Origin: Chromera velia | Lineage: Eukaryota | Assembly: GCA_018398765.1 (NCBI GenBank) | Contig: JAHBMJ010000501.1 | Location: 1 to 46,440 of the forward strand | Direction: 5' to 3' | DNA length: 46,440 nucleotides | In this document: piece by piece, positions 11,998-24,242 of the stretch | Numbering within the stretch: the first letter of the stretch is position 1 | Layout: the number at the start of each line of letters is the position of its first letter | Made by a program: the position numbers and the translations under genes | Notes under the pieces: model-generated | The model's database searches: none | Told to the model about the DNA's origin: nothing | Seen by the model: the letters and a program-made list of their open reading frames with translations, nothing else

Positions 11998-14900
11998 TGG
12001 CTCAGGCTAAAGCTTGCTTTTTTCTTGCAGTCCATGCATCTGCATAGAAAGCGATGTGGAAAGATGAGGAAGGGGTTTGGCAAGAAGCTCCGTTTTGCAG
12101 TGTTCATCTCTCTGGCCTTTCTCGGTGGTTGACGGTAGGAGCAGAGCTGGCATGCAGTGATTCGTTGTTCTGGAGAGACGGCTGCTGTATTGAACACACT
12201 CATGATCTTCTGTTATTGGATATGTGCTTGCCTTGATGCTTCTTGCCTGCAGGAAGCTGTGGATTTTCTCCACGACCGCGCTCCCCTCAATAAGGGGGTA
12301 GCACGACTGAAGGAGAAGAAGAAGTGAGGAGTGAGAAGGAAGAGGGAGTGGAGAAAGAGGCGGACTTTGCAGGACGATCCCCCCAGCAGCAAAGGAGACG
12401 GGGGGTGATAAAGAGAGGGACGACTGTCTGTCTCCTTGGAAAGTCCCCCGAATGGGTAACACTGTGTATGCCCATCGTTCCTGTGTGTGTTAGAGATGAT
12501 CAAGGTTCGTTTGTACATATCTTCGAGCCCGTCTCTAGCTGTGAGGAGGCTGCGAGAAGCGAAAGCCTCGTCCAAGGAGGGGGCGCAGGGAGGCGAGACG
12601 AGACGAGACGAGACCGCTGAATGCAGTGGTACATCAGGAGAACGAAAAAGAAAAGGCAACCGGCTGAGTGGTGCTCTGTCTTTGGTCTTCAAGTTGGCAG
12701 ACTGTCCTAAGGCTTGTACTGTTGTATTCTTTCGGTGCCTTTTCAATGCAATGGGTCAAACAATTGAGCGACGAATTCTTCTGTGCAGAGTTGTTCTAAC
12801 CAATCTCCTCTTTCCCTCTCCTCCGCAGGCTGGCGATGCATTAGTGTCCGTACATGTCTCCTCTACGTCCCCAGTGGAGGGGAAGGACGGTGCGGTACGG
12901 ATCAAGAAAGGCATCGTGTCGGGTGACCGACACCTGGGGCTGCGTGACGTGGGAGTCTCAAAGAGGAACGGAGGCACCTCGCCTCGCAAAACAGGGCGGG
13001 TAACAGGGGAGGTGCAGAGCCAATGGAGAAACTTCGGTGTCGAATGAGACAAAAGGTGAGTAGGCCGATCCCATGCATCAGAAACGGCATAGAGTAGGGG
13101 GATGGTTCGAAGGAGCTTGAGCGTATTACATGAAATTCAATTCCCTTTTTTCACGACAAGAGATGGTCTGGACTTTCTCTTCGTGCTGAGTTCCCGAGTC
13201 TCTTGCACTGACCTGCCTTCTTGTCCGAGCATGTGTGCTTCTCTTGTTGAATTGGTCCCACATAAATCACACTCTTGCAGCAAGCCACACTTTTTGTCGG
13301 AAAGGAAACAAAATACGTATGCTTCCTTTCTTCTCCAGTGTGCAGATTCTTGCCGAGAACCTCCAACAGACTCTCACGAAGGTTTTCCGGAAAGTTTCTC
13401 TTCCACTTCCTAAAAGCGTCTGCCAACCTCTCAATGGCGATTATCCATCTCCTGCACGAGCTCACGTCCAATCACCCCAGCGCATGGTGTCTGATCAGCT
13501 TCTCCCCACCCCGTCTGAAGCAGAGTGTTCAGTCACAGGTGGCGTCACTCACGGGAGGGTCCGCAGGGGGCCCTCGGGGTTTGGCCTCTGCATACATCCG
13601 CCGGGCGGGTGGAACCTTTCAGTGCCGCTTCCATTCCTGAATGCCCGGCCAGGGAAGGGCGCACCAGTGGGGTCGCCAAGGTCTCCAGTGAGCCCCCAAA
13701 TGTCCATGAAGTCGACCCTTAGACCCGGGTGCCTGGCTCCTCCGCTCCAGTTGGGGGGGGGCAAGCGCTGCAAGTTTGTCTGGGTGGGGGTATTCGAATT
13801 CCTCTCCGAATTCCCCGGAGTTCTCGATACCAGGGTCTGCTTCTGTGGGTGTTCTCTTGCAGTGTCTTCCTGACACACTCCAAGTGCAGCACAAATTGAA
13901 GAAGCTCGGGTAGCTAGGTGTGATCGTTTTTTCCCCATATTTATCATGTTGGGGGTGGCGGGTGAATCTTTTTAACCGGTCGACCCTAAGCTAGCCTTGC
14001 GGAACTGCGCTCTCATCTGCTTCCCAGACAGCCCGGGAACGTCGTCGCTCCGTCTGCCCCGGGCCGCGCCTCCCCGAGGGAGGGAGGTCATTCCGATAAA
14101 ATGAAACGTGTGAGGACGTGAGTGACGAGTGCGAGAAGCTCGCTGCTCCCCGCGGCCTTGCTAGAATCATGCACGATGTTAGTGTGCTTGAAGATCGATC
14201 CAGCGTGGAGAGGATCGAGAAGGAGCCCGATCGATCCGAACGTGTTCGGTTGACACGTGGGACGTTCCCAGTGGATCGAGGGAGACATGTAGAAAGAAAA
14301 CGGACAAGGGCCTCAAGGCTGACTCCGGCCTCTGAGGGTTCGGGTGTTCTGCCTCTGCCCTGCCCTGCCCTGCCCCCCGGCCGTGCCTCTCCGAGGGAGG
14401 GAGGGAGAGAGGGAGGGATGCTGTTGCCGTCTACTTGCCAGATCGGTGGATGGACGAAGGTGTCTCTCTCGAAGGTGCCTGCCTCGGTGATTTTTGACCC
14501 TTTGACCGTTCCTTCATACACCACTCACTCATGGCGCGCTACTGAAGGGGGTCATACAGTCTGCCACCGAAGTGGGCCTGACTCTACAGCATAATGAGTA
14601 GAGAGAAATGAGTGGAGACTCACAGCTCGGGGCGCCAGGAATAGAGACTCTCTGCCTGGGAAACGAAAAGAGAAGCTTTGTGTACAGGTGAGTAAGGCCC
14701 GACTCTTTGAGCTATATTGCTTGGAATATCGAAAACATGCACGTACGGAGACTTACCAAGAGAACTCACTGGACTCCATCGAGCAGTCATCACGCTCAAG
14801 CTAAAATTTAAGCAAATCATGTCGATCTTTCTTGCTCATCATGCACATCTATCAGTTTGTTCTTAGTCGCTCCGCTTGTCAGAAAACACAAAACAAAAAA

Positions 14901-16826
14901 GAGACTTGATGGAATCTCTCCCCTATTTCCTTTTCCTGTAGCAGAAGTCGTAATGATGTGAGCGTCTGAGTGACAATAAGTGGTTCCATGTATCAGAATG
15001 GAATGAGCCGCACGCATGCCGAGCCTAGCCGCATGCATGGCGTCACACCGTCTATGAGTTAATACACATGCAATGCAAGTCTATGCAGGTCAGTCAGTCT
15101 GAAAGCAATAGAGCATTGCTTTAGAGAGAAGTATGAACCTTGCATGACAGAACTTGAACTTACGACCTATGAGCTCCGTTATGCTAGCCAACTAACTGCC
15201 ACTCTCCAACGGAAGTGGAGACCGGATAGATCTGCAGTTGCTTCGACAGTAGGTTTTCACTGGGAGACACCGTGTTACACTTGTGGACTTTGCTTGCGGA
15301 CGACAGTATTATGGACGCCTTGAGTCCCCGATCTCCCCTCATGCTCTTCGGACCTTCATCTCCAACCACCTCAACAAGCTTCAGCAAGTATCCAAGGATC
15401 TCTAGCAACATGATCGCTGCCACTTCGCCCTAGCACTTCGCCATGAGCCGCCCTCCACCAACTGCCACCAGTTGCTGCTAAGACTGCACTGATGGCTCAG
15501 TGCACCATCTGCTTGCACCTGCTTTAGGGGCCGCCAAGAACTGGGAGTACCACACCATCGCTACTAGAATTTGCTTGTCTGCTTGCCAGGATCATTGAGG
15601 GGGCGAGGTTTCAGAAGCACCTCTTTGGGGGGGGGGGGGGATTCTTCCATCTTTGTTTGGCCGTCTCCGCGTCTTCTGTCAGTCAACGTCTATCCGTATG
15701 CACACCGGCATGAGGGGAGATACGAGGATGCTCCGCTGACTTGCGAATGCAAGGTTTGCAGTGTTTGTTTTCTCTTATTAGGCAGTGAGTGCAAACTGTG
15801 CATGTGATCGAACTTTGATGGAGAAGCATGCAAGGCACGATTTGTTCTTTGTCTTTCTGCACAGCCACTGCATCGATTCTTTCTTTCCCTGTTGCTTTTC
15901 CAGTGTTGTGAAGCGTATCTTTTCAAAGGTATCAGACAGGCAGGACGAAAGAGGCAGACCGGAGATGGGTAGACTTATTAAAGTGGCAAACCGAAGTCAA
16001 TTAATCTTGTGATGTCTAGCCCTCTACCTTGTTCTTGTGATGTCTAGCCCTCTGCCTCTCTGCATTCCGTTTGTGCATGCTCTTCAATCAACAATACTGG
16101 CAGACAAGTGAAAGCAAGAAAAGATTTTATTGGCTCTCAGGCATTACTAAGACTAAAAATCGATCAAGTGGTGATGCGAAGTATAACCTAGGACTCAGGC
16201 TATAGGAGGTATTATTAAAGTTATAATTAAACGGGAATGAACGGAAATGAATTCTCGCGTGACCTAGTATATGATGCGTTAGTATTGCATTAGTATACAG
16301 TGTGGTCTAGAATGTGGAGGCACAGCAGACAACGCTAGAGATAACGTTGGTATGTACGCACGCATGTAGATCGATACGCGGTGCAGTAAACGACATCTTC
16401 ATTACTAGCAGCACTACTAGCTGCGCTAGCGGCGGCCCGTACCACGGCATATGGATAAAGCAATCACGCGGCAGCGCGACTCTACGTAATAATGCAATCT
16501 TTGCCAATTCTTCGGTTTTCACGTAGTTTGTGAGTCTAGTAGCTCAGTCTACTAGTAGGAGGCGGTCTAGCTGGCAATATTTGATTTTATAACTTTTAAA
16601 TACTATAATGTTGAGATTATTTGCACCTATATATCAATATATACTAAGCATTAATTAGATATATTTATTTTAAAAACCAAGACTTATTTTAACGCTGTAT
16701 ATATAGTTAGACTTTATATCAGAATATAACTATCTTTTGAAGCCAATTCAATAATATTTAGCCGTAAAGCCTAGCGTAAAGCTTCTAGTAAAGCTTTGTA
16801 ATCAACTGATTCTATTCAAAAAAATT

Positions 16827-18249
16827 TTAACATTTCCAGACAACAATGACCCCTTCTGCTCCATCGTTATCAGCAGATGCTACCCATGCACTAGTATCAA
16901 CTTGGAGAGCACATACTGAAGTAAGGGGAACTCTGTGAAGGTCATCCTCAGCCCTCCCATCAGACAGCACGCTGTTGAGAATGTCTGCAGCTCGGCACAC
17001 AACATACAGTCTTCGGTCCGACCCTGCAGAAAGGAACGCACCAGAAATGCCGGGGAAGGGGCAGTTTTGGAGAAGCACCTTCTCGGACCGCTCGTCGAGA
17101 ATTGCGTTATCACCAAGGGACGTCTGACCGACGTGGTCCAGTCGGCGCATCAGACCCAACTGGCTTTCTTCCCCAAATAATTTCAACTCAAAGACTTCTG
17201 CTGATGCGTCTGAGAGGGTTGCTAGCAGCAGACGGGGCGCCCAGCTGACGGCCGGCACCAGCGGAGAGATTGCGAGGTCGAAGAGAGATGCAAAGCTGGT
17301 CACACGTCCCCTGTGGGTCTCCTCCAAAATGAGACTCCCGTCTGCCTGCATGTCCCCACTGCGCCTTCAGTGTAACAACGTCCCCCCCCTGTGTTCCCAC
17401 AACCAGATCGATCGGCATCTCATCGTTGGGAGCCAGTAGGGCCGTGATTGCAGATCTTGCCGTTCCATAGATCTGCATGGTCTCTCCTGTCTGCAGGCAC
17501 AGAGAAAAAATCTGCCCCGTCGTGGAGCCTCCGAGGACCACCGTCCCCCCAGACAGCCGAGGCAGGAGGCAGAGAGTTGTCCAAGACACAGAAGCAGCCG
17601 TCAGCTTGTCTGTCCTGTGCTCAGAGGACTTTGCCTTTTTGGTCCCCTGTGTCTGCTTCCCCTGCTTCGTCCAGGAGAAGGGGGTCCCGTTTCTCACGTC
17701 CCACACGCGAACAGTACAGTCCGGAGAGCAGGAGATAACGCGGAAAGGATCAACAGTCAACAGATCAGCAACCGACCGACCGCCGTGTGATTCTACACTC
17801 CAACGCTTTTGGAGGGACGGAAGCGTCGAAGGGGCAGTCTGAGAGCTGCTGGCAGAGGAGACACAGGAAAAATCTTTATCAAACACAACAACAGAGCCGT
17901 CGCTCGTCCCAACACAGAGAACAACAAATTCCTCCCCGCCAGATCCAACCAAAAAATTCCCGAAAGACATTGCTGTCACCTTGACCTGCTTTTTGGATCC
18001 AGCGCTCTTCAGTGGCTGGACTGGAGTGTGCGACACGGGGGACAGAGCACCCAGCAATTCTCCAGGAGACGGCGTGGAACCCCCGACTTCCCCTTGCACC
18101 CCTGCTGCCCCTTGAATGGGCTGTGCCATCTGAGTCCCATCCACTGGAGGGAGAGGGTTTCCAGCAACGGCAGGCCCCTCCGCATGGGGAACTGGAGGGT
18201 CGTGGTGAGGTGCGGTCTGAGATGGAGACAAACCGTCGTCAGCCTTCAT
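16827..18249 (-). CDS. WD40-repeat (beta-propeller) protein with a single frameshift near 17355
   Basis: WD40 motifs include SHGGRSVADL..ISCSPDCTVRVWD, VGTSDGSVVVFD, SAGSDRRLYV and VIVVWK. The two overlapping ORFs join into about 470 aa if one G is removed from TGGGGA (QW-DMQADG). Confidence 0.7.
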
Positions 18250-18875
18250 CGTTTCCTTCAGTAAAAAAAAACAAAAACAGAAGAGGGCACTTTTCGATGC
18301 GATGCGTCAGTGAAGGTGCTTTCGTGGGGACTCTCGATGCAGACACCTACAAAGGAACACCTGACATTGCAAGGCTCCTTCCTCTGTGGGTAAAGCACTG
18401 TAAAGCAGTCCGGAAATGTTTTTTGAATTAAGGGAAGATCTTCACAGATCTTCAGTGTGTGCAGTCTGATGTGTGCAGGGGTCGAAGATTGATCAGGGCG
18501 CGAAGTATTATTAATAATATTAAATTAAGTGCCATGCACTCACTTTCAACTTCCGGGGCCACGTTCGCTGCGCGCCACGAACAATCTGACATTCTTGGGC
18601 ATTCGCACGGAGCACATGATCTTAGCAATCGGCTTCGGCCATTGATTCATCGATCTTCCTTCCACAGTTTGCGAAAGTGATGCGAAAGTGCCCGTCAATG
18701 CCTATCAGCCTGCATTTCAATCCGTCAAGACTACAGTCAAGTGGTGGTTGTGGGCCTCTGAGTTCTTCCTTCGAAGTCGGGTCCTGGAGAGGTGCATTGA
18801 CTTCGGGGAGACAGATTTCAAGTGTCTTGCCTTCGTGCATCTGTTGTTCCTGAAAGACTTCAGTGTGCAGCATCG

Positions 18876-21800
18876 ATGCGGTTGTTTCTGATCTTTTTCG
18901 TTGCTGTCTTGCAGCAAGGGGTGTTGCAAGCAGATGAAGCGTCCAAAGGCGGACGACTAGAAACTGCACGGCTGTTTGGAAACGTGAATGAGTATGCATA
19001 CTGGTTTGTGGACATTTTAGTGGGAACTCCGATTCCTCAACGCCAGTCTGTTATTGTGGACACAGGCTCCACTGTCCTGGCCTATCCGTGCAAAAACTGC
19101 AAGAAGTGCGGACACCATATCGACGCCCCGTTTGACTTTTCTGCCTCTGAGACCGCCCAGTGGCAGCAGTGCGAGCCTGGGTGCACTTGCAGAGATGACA
19201 AGTGCAGTTATTACCAAGGCTATACAGAGGGGTCCCACATTATGGGGTATTGGTTCAAGGACTATGTCGCCATTGGGGACGCTGAGAGGCAGAATCCCCC
19301 AGTAGAGGCGTACATGGGATGTCACTCAGAGGAGAATAATCTGTTCACAACCCAGAAGGCAAACGGCATCATGGGTGTGGCTTTCTCACGCAATCGGGAG
19401 CACCCGACGATCATCGACTCGCTGTATCAAGACACGTCTGTGAACACCCACCAGTTTGCTCTCTGTCTAGCTGACTGGGGAGGTGTGATGACAGTCGGAG
19501 GTTCCAACTCGACCCTGCACAGGAACTTCGTGGAACCCGAGAAGGACCCAGAGATCCTCTGGACCCCTCTAAAGGACCACACGTACTACACAGTGAACTT
19601 GATGGGAATGTCCATTGGAGGCACCTCTCTGGGAGGACCAACAAGCTGGGGAAACACAATTGTGGACTCTGGTCGGTTGTTGTGTCCATGAGTCGGAATT
19701 TGGTTGACGAGGATGCACTCGGGATTTTGGGCGTCGTACTGATCTTTTTTTTTGTTTTGCGGAAACACAGCCTTCGGTTTTCTTCGGGATCATATCAGAA
19801 CAGGCTTCTCTGTTCATCCTTTTCCGGGGTCATGTTTCGGTCTTCGTTGCTGTTGGCCTGCCTGCCTGCCCCAGTGCTTGTCCTAAAAAGGAAGAAACGA
19901 AGGGAACGAACAAGAAGAGGAAAAGCCTGACTGTGTCTTTCTGTCGGTTCGACGTAGCGGATTCTGTAGACGCATTTTCTTTTTTACAGAAAACGTCCAG
20001 CATTAGCGTCTGTTCGCCTACAGCTGGTCTGTCTCCCTCCCCTATCTCTCTGTGCGCGCAGGCACGACGTACACTTACTTGCCCCCCTCCGCCTGGCGTC
20101 TGTTGAAGTCATCCCTCGACCAAGAGTGCAAAAAACCGGGGGCGTGTGCAGGAAACAAAGTCAGCTTTCTTGTCTCCATTGACAGTGTGTGCTGTGTGGA
20201 CATTCCCTTCATTTCCTCCCGTGTGCTTGTGAACACTGGGGATGAGAAGATGAAGAGATCCATGACCGTGTCACTCCTCCTCGGTTGTCTTCGTGCTTTT
20301 TTCCTTTCCTGCTTTCCATCCTCTGCCTCTGTTCCTGCCTGCTCTCCGTACGTACCTTCTTGCTTTTAGATCGTCTCGTCTTCTTTTGCTGGTTCTCTTC
20401 CGGACCTTTGCGATTCGCCTTGCATGCTTCGGGCGAGTCGGCTGATTCGCATTGGGGTGGGGGGCAGTGACGCCGCCTCCTTCAGAGGGGTCGAAAATTT
20501 CGCTGATGGATAGTTTGTGGTGGTATTGAAGGAATGATTCGGCAAACGGCTTGTGAAGGCACGTAAAAACGGGCAAGGAGCACACTGCGCTGTTTTCTCT
20601 CATGGTACTGTTTCGTTTCGTTCGGGACCGTGACTGCATGTGATGATGCAGGTCGAACGTCACGGTGCGGACACGTGCTGGAGGCTGTCTGGAGAGCCCG
20701 AGGAGGAACTCTTGAGCTTCCCCAACATCACTGCGGAATTTGAGGGAGAAGGGTCGGTTTTGTGGGAATTCAGATTCTTTCGTTTTCTTTCCGTGATCCG
20801 CTTCTCTCCCCTTTTTCGTTCGTTCGTTCGTTCTTTCTTTCTTTCTTTCTTTCTTTCTTTTCTTTCTTTCTTTCTTTCTTTCTTTCTCTTGCTCTCTTTA
20901 TTCGTCTTTTGTCATTTGTTTGGCTCGACCCTGCCCGGCGCGTTGCTTTATCTCTGTGTGACTCCTGCGTGTGTGAGTGTATCCGTCTCTCTTTGCGTTT
21001 TGCGGGCCTCTGATTTTCGCAGAGGTGCCGTGAATCCGAAGAAGTTTACCTGGAGACCCAACGCGTACTTGTTTGCGAAGTCCGACAAGAAATTGTGGTG
21101 TCTGACTGTGGACAACAACGAGAGACCCTCCACTGTTCTGGGGGCCTCCTTCATGATCTTCCATGACGTCATCTTCGATCGGTCAGTCAGTCAGTCTCAT
21201 CAATGAAGTCGTTACCTGAACGATGTTGGTAACATATTGGATGGGTCATTTAGTGGTCTTCTTTCGCTTCCTTGCTTGTTTGCTTGACTGGTAGACGAGG
21301 GGGGTGTCGGTCCCTCCTCTTGTGGATCACCTGACGAGAGATCTCGTCTTGTGTACGTTCCCTGTGGATGTCCGTTTGTCAGGAGACTGAGAAGACGAAT
21401 CGCTCCACACTGGCACTGTGTGCACTTCCTTTTTGTGCAAAGCTTCTTCTTGTTCTTCCATTTCCTCTTGTGGGTGGTCATTGAAGGGGCCTGTCTGATT
21501 CAAGGAGCGCCTTCCACAGAGCTGCTGTGTTCCTGTGTGTCCATGGGCTCTCGAAGTCATCCTCTTGCGGTTGCTTGTCTTTCTGCCCATCTGTTTGAGT
21601 GAGTGCAGTGACAGCGATCGAGTTGGATTTGTGGACGCTGCATGCCCTCGTTACCTGGAACGGCCTTCTCGTAAGTTCCTTTCTTTTCTTTTGTTTGTTG
21701 CGTCTGTTTTGCGTTTGAGCTCTGTCTCACTTGTGTTGGTGATTTGATCTTGACCTTCCGTTGGCTGACTGGCAGCAACTGAGAGTACATGAAGTGAGCA

Positions 21801-24206
21801 GATTTCCTCGGTGCAGCTCTTCAGGGGTATGGAGCGTCGATAGCATTGGGAGATATTTATCACCAGCATGCGATTTTTCCTCTTCTTCCTTCCGTTGTTG
21901 GTCTGTAAAATTTGGGACGGCTTCGACGTACATGGAAAGAATCGTGGGGGGACGCGAGCGCGGGCCTGTTCGGCCTTGAGTGTGTCACGAAAGATTTTGC
22001 AAAGTTTGTGTTTCTGCTTTCGCTCATGTATCCATGAGCATCTGCGAGGCTGCGAGAAGGGGTGGCTCAGAATTGCAATGTGTTTTTACGTTTGTGGTGA
22101 AGAGCATGAGAGGAAGTATTTGTTGCTAGGAGAGATTGACTGTCGTGTCACTCAGGTCATGCACGTGTGTGTGAGTGTGTGTGTGTGTGTGTATGCGTGC
22201 CCGGGTGTGGCATTTTCTTTTTCCTGATCGAACATGCTTTTCGCACTTCTCTTGTGCTGTCTCATTTCATCTACACCTTCGTCTCCTCTCTCCTTCCTTT
22301 CTTTTCTTCGTCCTATCTACTGACACTTCTTGTCTCTCCTCCTTCCCACATCGTCCCTTGCCCCTTTCTCTCGTCGCTTTCTCCTCTGCCGTGTCTATGT
22401 CTCTTTCTTTCTTTCTTTCTTTCTTTCTTCCTTTCTTTCTTTCTTTCTTTCTTTCTTTTCTTTCTTTTCTTTCTTTCTTTCTTTCTTTCTCTCTCTCTCT
22501 CTCTCTCTCTGTCACCACAACGACCCACCCTCTCACTTCGACCCTTCCTTCCTGATCTGATAATGTGGTGATCCCTCCGTCCGCCCACAGCCCCTGACGA
22601 CCACTCGGATCTCTCCGTCTGGCCTGGACACGAAGGAGAGGCAACAACCACAACACCTTCCCCCTCGTCCACAACCCCCAAACCTGAAGAGGAGACACCT
22701 ACAGAAGCAGCAACAGAAGAAACAACAACAACCACCACCACGTCCACTACGAACGCAACCACAACTACCACAACCACGACTACTACCACCACAACTACAA
22801 CTACTACAACCACCACGACTACCACAACCACCACGACTACCACCACAACCGCCCGGCCCCAACTTCGCTTCCCCCACTTGACCCTGTTGAACGACAGGGA
22901 GCTGAAGGGAGACTTGGCAGGCCTAGAGTTCGAACAGATTCAGGGCGACGCTCCAGCCTTCAGACTCATTCCCCGTGTGTCCTTCACAGGGGCCGATTTT
23001 GAGGGAGTCGACACGACGGCTGATGCTGTCGCCATGCCCCCGGGTGTCGCGTCCCTTCACCTGAACCCCCGCCCTGACGGCACCCCAGTGACAGACGTGC
23101 GGATTGCCTGTAAGGAGTGGCCTCGGGGTGTGTACACCTTCTCAGGTGCAGATCTGGAGATCGAATCCGGATTCAAGGAAGCTACCCTGTCCGGTGCGCA
23201 ATTGACTCTTCAGACCCCTGCAAGCGGAGTGATCTTTGCAAAGATCACAGGCACGTTTACTGGTGTCAGGATCGACACCACTCACGCAGGAACAGCCCCC
23301 CGCAGGATGAGGGCACTCGGCAGAGCGGACGTCGTCATGCTCCTGGCCGTGGCCGTCCGTGCAGAGGATGCGTTCCCGACCCCTGTGGTCATTCCAACGA
23401 CATCCACCACACCGAAGCCAACCCCAGTGACGACGACAACCGCCATGAGCACCCCCGTTACAACTGCCAGCACAAGTTGGGAGACGCCTGAAGAGAGCGG
23501 AGAAGGCGGGGGGGAGACAGACTCAGCCGCCCCCTGGGTGAAGGCAGGAGACGGCATAGTGGATGTGCCTGCTCCTCCTGCAGCGGCTGCAGGAGGTTTG
23601 TGGATACTTCCCCCTTCTTCTTCTTCTTCTTCTTCTCTTTTCTGTTCCTCCTTTTCTTCTCTCTTCTTTCCTGCCTTCTTCCCTCTCTTCTTCCTCTCCT
23701 TTCCTCTGTGCTCTTCTCTTCTCGTCTCGTCTCCTCTTGTCTCTTCTTGTCCCCCTACCCTTCCCCACTTCTCTCTACCTTCCCAGATCCTCTCTGTTCC
23801 TCTTCGATGTCCCTCGTGTTATTTTTTCTGCCAAGTCCTGTTTGTTCGTCTCTTCTTCTGTGTTTACCGAGTGTTTGTGAGTTGACTGTTTTTTCCTTTT
23901 TGCGTCTGTATAATGATGTGGGGCGCTGTGTGAGAGAACACATATTTGAGCATTTTATTGTTTTATTTCTTCTGCTCCCTGCAGTCAAGGACGGCACCGT
24001 GATGCCCTCACCAACGCCAAAGGACAGCACGGCCTCTGCAGGGGGGGATCCGGGTCTGGGGGGGAATAAGCAGAAGCTCGCTTTCGGTCAGTCAGGGGGG
24101 TGAGGGTGAGGAGGGGAGAGTTCTATGTCTGACCGTCTGTCTGGACGACTACCTCTCTCTTCATCTATCTATATATCTCTGTTTCTGCGCGCGCGCGCGC
24201 TCGCGC

Positions 24207-24242
<36 letters not shown>

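Noticed and set aside
12829..13055. Exon-like segment (CCGCAG|...|GTGAGT) with a faint FHA-like GDRHLGLRDVGVSKR
   Set aside because: There is an in-frame stop before the donor, similarity is too weak and no partner exons were resolved.
15160..15640. Possible decayed coding or retroelement fragment ending in poly-G
   Set aside because: Multiple stops in all frames and no recognisable motif.
16005..16053. 21-bp direct repeat TCTTGTGATGTCTAGCCCTCT, two copies
   Set aside because: Simple local slippage duplication with only 7 bp between copies; it does not flank an insertion.
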